A stretch of 32,379 nucleotides of DNA from an uncultured Planctomycetota bacterium. GTDB lineage: Bacteria; Planctomycetota; Phycisphaerae; SM23-33. The notes under the pieces are model-generated. The model worked only from the letters and a program-made list of their open reading frames with translations. It had not been told where the DNA came from and searched no databases. Shown in pieces: positions 8,831 through 16,261 of the stretch. The number at the start of each line of letters is the position of its first letter. Positions within the stretch are counted from its first letter, which is position 1. Location: positions 1 through 32,379 of the forward strand of contig CAITIS010000085.1 of NCBI GenBank assembly GCA_903892515.1, given 5' to 3'. The position numbers and the translations under genes are program-made.

Positions 8831-10635
8831 CTACCGTACAGGTGCAACGCGATGCCGCCCAACGGTCGGGCAACCTCGTGGACAAGTCCTGGGATCCCAT
8901 CACCCGCATCGTCGGCAGCCTGGGAATCCACACCAAGATCGACTTTGACAACCGCGTCGTCCAGGAATGCTTCAGCACCTCCTCGCTCTTCCGCGGCTAC
9001 AGCGTCTTCATGAAGGGCAAGGATCCGCGCGACGCCCACTTCATCACCAGCCGTATCTGCGGCATCTGCGGCGACAACCACGCCACCTGCGCTGTGTATG
9101 CTCAAAACATGGCCTTTGGAGTTACCCCGCCGCCCATGGCCGAGTGGATCATCAACCTGGGCGAGGCGGCCGAGTACATGTTCGACCACAACATCTTCCA
9201 GGACAACATGGTCTGCGTGGACTTCTGCGAGCAGATGGTCGCCGAGACCAACCCCAGCGTCCTGGCCAAGGCCGAAAGGACGCTGGCCCCCCACGCCAGC
9301 ATTCATGGCTACCGGACCATCGCCGACATCATGCGATCCTTGAACCCGTTTACCGGCGATTTCTATCGCCAGGCGCTGCAAGTCAGCCGCATGACCCGGG
9401 AAATGTTCTGCCTCATGGAAGGCCGGCACGTGCATCCCTCCACGCTATATCCCGGCGGGGTCGGCACGGTGCCTACGCCGCAGTTGTTCACGGACTACCT
9501 CGTGCGGCTGATGAAGTACATCGACTTCATGAAGATGTGCGTGCCGTTCCACGATGACCTGTTTGACTTCTGGTACGAAGCGCTGCCGGGCTACGAGAAA
9601 GTCGGCAACCGGCGGATACAGTTGGCCTGCTGGGGATCGTTCAACGACCCGTACAAGTGCGATTACACGTACAAGAACATGGCCCAGTGGGGACGGGCCA
9701 TGACCGTGACGCCCGGGATTGTCATCGACGGCAAGCTGGTCACCAACAGCCTGGTAGACATAAACCTGGGCATCCGAATCCTGCTGGGCAGCTCCTTCTA
9801 TCAGGACTGGCAAAACGGCGAGACCTTCGTGGAGAAGGATCCGCTGGGTAATCCGGTGGACCGGCGGCACCCGTGGAACCAGACCACCACGCCCAAACCG
9901 CAGAACCGCGACTTCCACGACAAGTACAGTTGGGTCATGTCGCCGCGCTGGTTCAACAAGGCCAGTGGCGAAACCCTGGCGATGGACACTGGCGGCGGCC
10001 CATTGGCCCGGCTGTGGTCCACGGCCCTGTCTGGATTGGTGGACAACGGCTACATCAAGGCCACCGGCCACAGCATCAAGATGCTCCTGCCCAAATCCGC
10101 CCTGCGGCCAGAAGTCGAGCTGGAGTGGAAGATCCCGCAGTGGGCCAACACGCTGGAGCGGGATCGAGCCCGCACGTATTTCCAGGTGTTTGCGGCAGCG
10201 TCCGCCATGTACTTCGTCGAGCAGGCGTTGAAGGAGTTCCACGCCGGCGACACGCGTACGTGGAGCGACTTCAAGGTGCCCGACAACGCCATTGGCTGCG
10301 GGTTCCACGAATCGGTCCGAGGCGTGCTGTCGCACCACGTGGTGATCCGCGATGGCAAGATCGCCAACTATCATCCGTATCCGCCGACGTGCTGGAACGC
10401 CAGTCCGCGCGACAGCCTGGGAACCCCGGGCCCCTACGAAGACGCCGTCCAGGGCTCGCCATTGTTCGAAGAAAACGGACCGGGCAAGTTCAAGGGCATC
10501 GACATCATGCGGACCGTGCGCAGCTTCGACCCCTGCCTGCCATGCGGCGTGCACATGTACACCGGCGCGGGCAAACTGCTGGAGGCCTACCACACGCCTA
10601 TGTTTGGAGTCCCAAATGACTCACGTGCAGAGTGA
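8827..10635 (+). CDS. hhyL: [NiFe]-hydrogenase large subunit, group 1h (formerly group 5) high-affinity type (HhyL-like)
   Basis: 602 aa. N-terminal L1 motif TSRICGICGDNH and C-terminal L2 motif SFDPCLPCGVH; these are the NiFe-ligating CxxC pairs and, as I recall them, are the published group 5/1h signatures. GAGGAG RBS; ATGA overlap with hhyS. Confidence 0.9.
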   Translation: MTTVQVQRDAAQRSGNLVDKSWDPITRIVGSLGIHTKIDFDNRVVQECFSTSSLFRGYSVFMKGKDPRDAHFITSRICGICGDNHATCAVYAQNMAFGVTPPPMAEWIINLGEAAEYMFDHNIFQDNMVCVDFCEQMVAETNPSVLAKAERTLAPHASIHGYRTIADIMRSLNPFTGDFYRQALQVSRMTREMFCLMEGRHVHPSTLYPGGVGTVPTPQLFTDYLVRLMKYIDFMKMCVPFHDDLFDFWYEALPGYEKVGNRRIQLACWGSFNDPYKCDYTYKNMAQWGRAMTVTPGIVIDGKLVTNSLVDINLGIRILLGSSFYQDWQNGETFVEKDPLGNPVDRRHPWNQTTTPKPQNRDFHDKYSWVMSPRWFNKASGETLAMDTGGGPLARLWSTALSGLVDNGYIKATGHSIKMLLPKSALRPEVELEWKIPQWANTLERDRARTYFQVFAAASAMYFVEQALKEFHAGDTRTWSDFKVPDNAIGCGFHESVRGVLSHHVVIRDGKIANYHPYPPTCWNASPRDSLGTPGPYEDAVQGSPLFEENGPGKFKGIDIMRTVRSFDPCLPCGVHMYTGAGKLLEAYHTPMFGVPNDSRAE

Positions 10636-11137
10636 CGCGGCCCGGCAGATGGCCCAGATCGACACGTTGATCGCCCAGATCGATCAATCAGCCGACCCGG
10701 TAGTCGGCCAACAGATCGAGCAGATCGCGCGGATCATCATGAGCCTGCATCGGGACGGACTGGGGCGGATCATCGACCGGCTGAGTGCCGCAGGCTCGAC
10801 CGGCGATGCGTTGCTGGCCGCCTTTGCCGACGACGCGGTGGTCGGGCCCCTGCTGCAACTCTACGACCTGCATCCGGTCGGCGTCGATGAGCGAATCCGC
10901 CGGGCCCTGGAGAGCGTGCAACCGTTTCTCCAGTCGCACGGCGGCGAGGTCGAACTGGTGGGCATCGACGAAGGCACGGTGAACCTGCGCATGCACGGCA
11001 GTTGCGACGGGTGCCCGGCGTTTGTCGATTCGCTCAAGCTGGCCATCGATAAGGCGGTGCGCGACGCCGCGCCCGAGATGGGCGAGATTCATATCGAAGC
11101 CGCGGCACAACCCGCCAGGCCACGCGGAGCGTCCTGA
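10616..11137 (+). CDS. NifU-domain (Nfu-type Fe-S cluster assembly) protein associated with the hydrogenase operon
   Basis: ATG at 10616 with GGAG 6 nt upstream; overlaps the hhyL 3' end by 20 nt. The C-terminal half has the NifU C-terminal domain pattern (GGEVELVGIDEGTVNLRMHGSCDGCPAF...LKLAIDKAV). Confidence 0.6.
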   Translation: MTHVQSDAARQMAQIDTLIAQIDQSADPVVGQQIEQIARIIMSLHRDGLGRIIDRLSAAGSTGDALLAAFADDAVVGPLLQLYDLHPVGVDERIRRALESVQPFLQSHGGEVELVGIDEGTVNLRMHGSCDGCPAFVDSLKLAIDKAVRDAAPEMGEIHIEAAAQPARPRGAS

Positions 11138-11454
11138 TGGAGAACCGATTCGATTCCGAACGATCCGACGTGGCCGTGACCGAGGCGATGACCGCCCATG
11201 GTCCCATCCGGCCGGGAGACCACGTTCTGCTTCAGCCTTTCGATACTGGCGACATCCTCGACCTGGCCCTTCGTGGCAAGACGGCGATTGTCGAGGCCAT
11301 CGAGCAGGATGTGGAAGATCATCTGTACCTGGCCGTCACCCTCGACGATGATCCGGGGCGTGACTTCGGGCACCTGCGCAAGCCTGGCCACTGCTTCTTC
11401 TTTCGCCCCGAGGAAGTCACACTGCTGGGCCAATCCGAGCAGGAGGCCCCATGA
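11137..11454 (+). CDS. Conserved hypothetical protein (105 aa, acidic), hydrogenase-operon associated
   Basis: Translationally coupled on both sides (TGATG at 11135-11139; ATGA at 11451-11454). No recognisable motif. Confidence 0.5.
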   Translation: MENRFDSERSDVAVTEAMTAHGPIRPGDHVLLQPFDTGDILDLALRGKTAIVEAIEQDVEDHLYLAVTLDDDPGRDFGHLRKPGHCFFFRPEEVTLLGQSEQEAP

Positions 11455-12047
11455 ACGAAGGCTCACCGCGCATCCTGGTGGCCGGTCTGGGCAACATCTT
11501 CCTGGGCGATGATGCCTTCGGCGTGGAAGTCGCCCGGCGGCTGTTGCAGGCCCCCCCGCCCGGGGACGTCCGCGTGGTGGACTTCGGCATCGCTGGCATC
11601 GACCTGATCTACTCCCTGCTCGATGGCTACGACCTGGTCATTCTCATCGACGCGGTCGCGCGGGGCGAGGGGCCCGGCACGCTGTACGTAATTGAGCCCG
11701 AGATGCCCGACGACGGCCAGAACAACACCTCTGTGACTGAAATGCTCGATCCCCACGACATGGACCCGGCCAAGGTGCTGCGCATGGTGACCAGCTTGGG
11801 TGGCCGTGTCGGCAGAGTGCTGCTGGTCGGCTGCGAGCCCACGCCTATGGACGAACACGCGGACATGAGCGATGGCCTGAGCGAGCCGGTCCGTAACGCC
11901 GTGGAACACGCGGTCGAGTTGACTATGCGACTGGTCGCCGACGCACACAAAGATGACGGACGAACTCTATCGGCATGCACTGTGGCCGGAGACCCTGCGG
12001 CCCTCGCGCAGCCGATGTCGGCGGGCCTGAAGGAGGCAAACCAATGA
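11451..12047 (+). CDS. hupD: Hydrogenase maturation endopeptidase (HyaD/HybD/HupD family)
   Basis: AGGAGG RBS. N-terminal ILVAGLGNIFLGDDAFG matches the GxGNxxxxDDGxG protease signature. 198 aa. Confidence 0.85.
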   Translation: MNEGSPRILVAGLGNIFLGDDAFGVEVARRLLQAPPPGDVRVVDFGIAGIDLIYSLLDGYDLVILIDAVARGEGPGTLYVIEPEMPDDGQNNTSVTEMLDPHDMDPAKVLRMVTSLGGRVGRVLLVGCEPTPMDEHADMSDGLSEPVRNAVEHAVELTMRLVADAHKDDGRTLSACTVAGDPAALAQPMSAGLKEANQ

Positions 12048-12178
12048 AGCCCTTACTGCGACTTGTAGAGACAATTGTCGGCGTGGCGCTCTGGCCGCTG
12101 GAGATGCTGGCGGTGCCGATCGGCATGCTCATGGGCATCCGAGACTTTCGGCGCTACCTCCGCATCAGGAGCATGTAG
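12044..12178 (+). CDS. Small hydrophobic ORF (44 aa), translationally coupled to the hydrogenase protease
   Basis: ATG at 12044 overlaps the protease stop (ATGA). A strong SD (GAAGGAGG) lies 7-8 nt upstream. The peptide MKPLLRLVETIVGVALWPLEMLAVPIGMLMGIRDFRRYLRIRSM is one predicted TM helix plus a basic tail. Confidence 0.3.
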   Translation: MKPLLRLVETIVGVALWPLEMLAVPIGMLMGIRDFRRYLRIRSM

Positions 12179-12261
12179 CCCAAACGACCGACGCCGCAAC
12201 GCCGCTCACCGGCGTTTGCCGAGCGCACGGCCCCAGCAGCCCATTGAACAAGGTCGTCTTC

Positions 12262-12339
12262 GTGTCGCGGGCGTCTCGCCCGCGCCAGTAATGCCGAGAT
12301 TCCAAGGGTTTCCGGACGCGGGCGAGACGCCCGCGACAC
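12262..12339. repeat. Perfect 23-bp inverted repeat (GTGTCGCGGGCGTCTCGCCCGCG ... CGCGGGCGAGACGCCCGCGACAC) with a 32-nt spacer; likely a bidirectional terminator/REP-like element between convergent genes
   Basis: Read directly from the sequence. Each arm also contains the small hairpin GCGGGC-GTCTC/GAGAC-GCCCGC. It sits between the end of the hydrogenase operon (+) and the 3' end of the GH42-like gene (-). Confidence 0.7.
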
Positions 12340-12374
12340 TTATTCAACGGCCTTAGCCATGCCGTCACCGCGCG

Positions 12375-13772
12375 CTACACCACTTCAAATTTGCCCAAGT
12401 GCAGCCAGCGATCGGAGTATTCCGTCTTGTTGGCGAAGCTGACCTTGGCTTGCTGGCTCTGGGCATCGATCAAGCCGGCCGACAGCTCGACCAGTCCTGG
12501 CCGCAAGCCTGAAGGCATGGTCAGCGATCGTTCGAGACACACATCGCCAGGCAGCCAGGTGCGAACGTCCACGTCCTTGAAGGGCACGATGAAGGAGTTG
12601 TCGTCCTGGCGGAATCGCAGGGCGAAGTCGTATCGACGGTACAGCGGGGCGATACCGGTGTTCTCGATCCAGCAATCGAAAGCCGACTGGCCGTTGAGCT
12701 TGACCTTGGCCTCAAACTTGGCTTGGCGGAAGACGTACCGGTACCCGATCTTGTCGCAGAAGGTCTGCAGCCGATCCATCCAGGCCTCGGGCAGGCGGCA
12801 GTACTTGGGCATGAAGTACGTCAGGTGGTACTTGTACGCCTGCTCGAAAATGAAGTCGAGATCGAACTTCTGCTTGTGCCACCACATGGGGCTGGGGCCA
12901 ACCTCGAAGAACACCGGCCCGGTCTTCCAGGCCTCGGTCACGCCCGAGGCCAGCAGGTGCTGCGGATAGGCGTCGTAATGATGGTTCCACGAGACGTCTT
13001 TGGTGACGGAATCGGAGCCGGGGGCGTCCAGGTCGCCAAAGGCGTTCCAGCGCCAGCCGCCCCTGCGATCTTTCTGAAGCCCGGCGCGCATCTGCTTACC
13101 GGAGAATTCCCAGAGCTTGATCGTGGTGGGAAACGCTTCGCAGAATACATCCGCAAAGCGCGCGATCTGCTCGTCGGTCATGTCGGCGTCGCCCTCGCCC
13201 CAGGGGCCCATGAAGGCGCAGGTGTAGTTCTCGACCTGGGGATGGCCGTCAAAGCGCCGGCCCAGTTCGCGGATGAACTCGCTCCAGTGTTCAAAATACT
13301 CTGGCGAGTTGGGTTCGGGCATGAAATGCTCGACGTGCTCCCAGCCGGTGAAGTGATATTGCACCATCGGGTACTTGTCGCGATACCATTTTGGCACCAT
13401 CGGCTGGAGGAACCCGCCGAATGCCATGGCGCGGAAGGCCAGCTTCTGGCCGCGCTCCTTGCATACCTGCAGCGACTTCTCGATCACCGAGAAGTCGTAC
13501 CGGCCTTTTTCAGGCTCCATCAATTCCCAGAACCAGCGGCAGTACGCCACCGTCGTGGGCAGGTAGCCGTTGGTGACCAGGTCTTCCTGGCCGCTGGTCA
13601 GCTGCTTGAGTGTGATCGGCGAGGGAAACTGCTCCGGGCCGCATTCGGAGTACTCCATTCGCGGGTACAACTCATCGCCATTGAAGTGCTGGAAAGTGCA
13701 GCAGCCCTTGTGCGGGTTGGCCAGGTACGCATCGCTGTACGCCGGTCGGACTCGGACGAATTTCTCTGCCAC
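12375..13772 (-). CDS. Glycoside hydrolase, GH42-like TIM-barrel (DUF4874/DUF4832-type), cytoplasmic
   Basis: 465 aa with no signal peptide. The region YCRWFWELMEPEKGRYDFSVIEKSLQVCKERGQKLAFR follows the GH42 beta-galactosidase-like pattern (W..lEPe.G.ydF...d..i..a...G..v.l). Confidence 0.55.
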   Translation of the reverse strand: MAEKFVRVRPAYSDAYLANPHKGCCTFQHFNGDELYPRMEYSECGPEQFPSPITLKQLTSGQEDLVTNGYLPTTVAYCRWFWELMEPEKGRYDFSVIEKSLQVCKERGQKLAFRAMAFGGFLQPMVPKWYRDKYPMVQYHFTGWEHVEHFMPEPNSPEYFEHWSEFIRELGRRFDGHPQVENYTCAFMGPWGEGDADMTDEQIARFADVFCEAFPTTIKLWEFSGKQMRAGLQKDRRGGWRWNAFGDLDAPGSDSVTKDVSWNHHYDAYPQHLLASGVTEAWKTGPVFFEVGPSPMWWHKQKFDLDFIFEQAYKYHLTYFMPKYCRLPEAWMDRLQTFCDKIGYRYVFRQAKFEAKVKLNGQSAFDCWIENTGIAPLYRRYDFALRFRQDDNSFIVPFKDVDVRTWLPGDVCLERSLTMPSGLRPGLVELSAGLIDAQSQQAKVSFANKTEYSDRWLHLGKFEVV

Positions 13773-13871
13773 TGTCTACCTCGGTTCTGTATGTGAATGC
13801 GCGGAACGATTTGCAGTCACCGCCGATGCGCGGCCAATACCCGCGCCACCGGCCTGGAATTCAAGGCCGCG

Positions 13872-14648
13872 TCACGGGCTGTCAGAGCCCGCGGCTGCCC
13901 GAAGGATTGCGTCGCGGTCAAATACATGAATGGCCGCCCTGCCGTCGCCATCGGTAATCAGGCAGTGCACCTGCGGCGGCGGCAGGAAGTACAGAATCCC
14001 GGACTTGTTGAGTTTCGTCTGGTCGGCCAGCACGATCACCTGCTGGGCCAAGCGTGCCGCCAGCTTCTTCAGTGGTATCTCCCCGGCCGAGGCCCGGGTG
14101 AGCCCGCGCTTGAGGTCAAAGCCCGCCGCCCCCAGGAACGCCTTGTCCAGCCGAAACGATGCGAGGCACTCTTCGGCGATGTGCCCCACCACGGCCCTGA
14201 GGTCGCGCCGCATCTGGCCACCCAGCAGAATCGTCTCGATGCCCGGGGCTTCAGCCAATTCCGTCGCCAGCGGGATGGAAGGTGTCACGATGGTCAAGGC
14301 CTTGCGCCCAATCAGCAGCGGCGCCATGGCCAGGACGGTGGTGCCGGCATCCAGGTAGATCACCTCGCCGTCCTGGATCATCCCAACGGCCGCTGAGGCG
14401 ATCTGTCGCTTGGCGCGCGCGTTGTGCTTCTGGCGGATGCGGTAGTCCAATTCGATCTGGCTGTACATCTCCGAGACGGCGCCGCCATGGGTGCGACGAA
14501 TCAGCCCCTTGGCTTCGAGATGATCCAGATCGCGACGAACGGTCATCTCCGAGACGCCCAGAACCTTCGAGAGGGCCTGCACGGACTCGTAGCCGCTGTC
14601 GGTGAGCAGCTCGAGAACCCTTTGGCGACGTTGTTCAGATGAATCCAT
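13872..14648 (-). CDS. DeoR/GlpR-family transcriptional regulator
   Basis: N-terminal wHTH (RRQRVLELL...ESVQALSKVLGVSEMTVRRDLDHLE) and a C-terminal DeoR sugar-phosphate-binding domain; 258 aa. Divergent from the 14831-25348 gene array. Confidence 0.85.
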   Translation of the reverse strand: MDSSEQRRQRVLELLTDSGYESVQALSKVLGVSEMTVRRDLDHLEAKGLIRRTHGGAVSEMYSQIELDYRIRQKHNARAKRQIASAAVGMIQDGEVIYLDAGTTVLAMAPLLIGRKALTIVTPSIPLATELAEAPGIETILLGGQMRRDLRAVVGHIAEECLASFRLDKAFLGAAGFDLKRGLTRASAGEIPLKKLAARLAQQVIVLADQTKLNKSGILYFLPPPQVHCLITDGDGRAAIHVFDRDAILRAAAGSDSP

Positions 14649-14830
14649 ACCGCCTCATATGATCGATATCACACATTTCTTGTGCCGGGACAATTACCAT
14701 AAATCCCGCATATGCCCAGATTAACCGACAGTTTCCTGTTGATGCAAGCGGATTCGCATGATAGCTTTTGTGTGATTGGTAGAATTTGCACACACCCTGA
14801 CAAGGTCGCGTCCCGCGAGCGGAGTGAGGC
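14649..14830. promoter_or_regulatory. Divergent promoter/operator region between the DeoR regulator and the first URO-D-like gene
   Basis: AT-richer than its surroundings. It contains a near-consensus -10 (TAGAAT at ~14780) embedded in GTGTGA-N12-GCACAC, plus a second ATCACACA...TTGTG motif at ~14664-14683. These are candidate regulator binding sites. Confidence 0.35.
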
Positions 14831-16096
14831 ATGACACAAGCCGCATGCAAGGTACTGCCGGCCGATAAGGCCGTTCTTCGTGAGTTGGCCCAGAGGTATC
14901 TCGATGCCTGTAACAGCCCGCGCAACCAGGAATGCCGGCGGCTGTGGCACAAGCACGACCTGTGTCGCGGCGAGCGGCCACTGATCCTCACCGAGGCCAA
15001 TGAGGGCGTCGAGATGATCATCGGCGAATACCGGCCGGGCTGCCAGGAGCAGTGGGCACGCGGACGGGAACGGGAGTTCCTCACGCATCTGGCCCACTTC
15101 GAGGTCATTGGCGACGACTACCCGCTCGAACCGTTCGTGGACCTGGCCTGGCAGATCACCGTCAGCGAGTACGGCGTGGCGTTTCACCACACCTCCCCCG
15201 AGACTTCAGGGACGCGCGGGGCGTACCACATCGACGCGCTCATCACCGACCTGGAGCGCGACTTCGACCGCCTCAAGCCCCGAACCTTCACGCTGGACCG
15301 CGCCGCATCCTTAGAGATGAAGGCCGCCCTGGAAGACGTGTACGACGGCCTGCTTGAGGTGCGCATGCGACATCACCCCTGGTGGTCGCTGGGCATGACC
15401 TGGGACGCGATTCGGCTGGTCGGGCTCGAGGGGCTAATGCTGGCCATGTACGACCAGCCTAAAGGGCTGCACCGCCTGATGGCGTTTCTTCGCGACGACA
15501 ACGTGCGGTTGCTGGAGTGGCTGGAACAAGAGCAGCTGCTGAGCCTCAACAATAGCAGCGACTACATAGGCTCCGGCAGCCGGGGCTATACCACCGCCCT
15601 GCCAGGCCGCGACGCTACCGATCATGTGCGACCGGCCGATATGTGGGTCCTGCTGGAGTCGCAGGAAACAGTCGGCGTGGGCCCGGCCCAGTTTGAGGAG
15701 TTCATCTTCCCCTATCAGGACAGCCTGGCCCAGCGTTTCGGCCGGGTGTACTACGGCTGCTGCGAGCCGGTACATACACGTTGGCACGTCGTGAAAAAGC
15801 TGGCCAATCTCAAGCGCGTCAGCGTTTCCCCGTGGTGTGATGAGCCCTTCATGGCTGAGGCGTTGGGTAACAATTGCGTGTACAGCCGCAAGGCCAAGCC
15901 GACGCTGGTCAGCACCGATCGCTTCGACGAGGAACTCATTCGCAAAGACCTGCGCGACACGATGCTGGCAACACGGAAACATGGCTGCACGGTCGAGATC
16001 ATCATGAAAGACGTTCACACGCTTCGAGGCCAGCGCGACCGCCTGACGCGCTGGACGCAACTGGCCCGGGACGTGACGGCCGAAGTGTATCGGTGA
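14831..16096 (+). CDS. URO-D-like (uroporphyrinogen decarboxylase / MtaA-fold) family protein, paralog 1 (421 aa)
   Basis: The C-terminal half (FIFPYQDSLAQRFGRVYYGCCEPVHTRWHVVKKLANLKRVSVSPW) aligns in pattern with the URO-D-fold paralog at 16262-17317. GGAGTGAGG RBS. Confidence 0.5.
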   Translation: MTQAACKVLPADKAVLRELAQRYLDACNSPRNQECRRLWHKHDLCRGERPLILTEANEGVEMIIGEYRPGCQEQWARGREREFLTHLAHFEVIGDDYPLEPFVDLAWQITVSEYGVAFHHTSPETSGTRGAYHIDALITDLERDFDRLKPRTFTLDRAASLEMKAALEDVYDGLLEVRMRHHPWWSLGMTWDAIRLVGLEGLMLAMYDQPKGLHRLMAFLRDDNVRLLEWLEQEQLLSLNNSSDYIGSGSRGYTTALPGRDATDHVRPADMWVLLESQETVGVGPAQFEEFIFPYQDSLAQRFGRVYYGCCEPVHTRWHVVKKLANLKRVSVSPWCDEPFMAEALGNNCVYSRKAKPTLVSTDRFDEELIRKDLRDTMLATRKHGCTVEIIMKDVHTLRGQRDRLTRWTQLARDVTAEVYR

Positions 16097-16120
16097 TCGT
16101 GGGCTGCGGCCCAAGCTTGC

Positions 16121-16255
16121 CTAGAACTGGTTTCATAACCGTGGTACGCCCGCCCTCGGGCGTCAAACCGGTCGAGAAGCCGTAGATATCGCCGCAAAAG
16201 CCACAGCCGAGGGCGGCTGTGCCACGCGTCAAACTGGTTATGAAACCAGTTTTAG
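16121..16255. mobile_element. MITE-like 135-bp element with 20-bp terminal inverted repeats (CTAGAACTGGTTTCATAACC / GGTTATGAAACCAGTTTTAG) and nested internal inverted repeats
   Basis: Read from the sequence. The outer TIRs have 19/20 matches. An inner 10-bp inverted repeat is CCGCCCTCGG/CCGAGGGCGG. The right end is itself the perfect hairpin AAACTGGTT-ATGA-AACCAGTTT. The element lies in the 165-bp gap between the two URO-D-like genes and is AT-richer than its flanks. Confidence 0.45.
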
Positions 16256-16261
16256 CTGTAT

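Noticed and set aside
9445-10593. 382-aa minus-strand ORF antisense to hhyL
   Set aside because: It lies entirely inside the well-supported hydrogenase large-subunit gene. It is a GC-rich antisense open frame typical of high-GC genomes, with no RBS or motif.
10352-10615. 5' part of the 10352-11137 ORF overlapping the hhyL 3' end
   Set aside because: It is out of frame with hhyL and is only an open-frame run. The NifU-like gene most likely starts at ATG 10616, which has a GGAG RBS.
12723-13796. 357-aa plus-strand ORF antisense to the GH42-like gene
   Set aside because: The minus-strand frame has the GH42-like motif. The plus frame is Ala/Gly/Leu-rich with no features.
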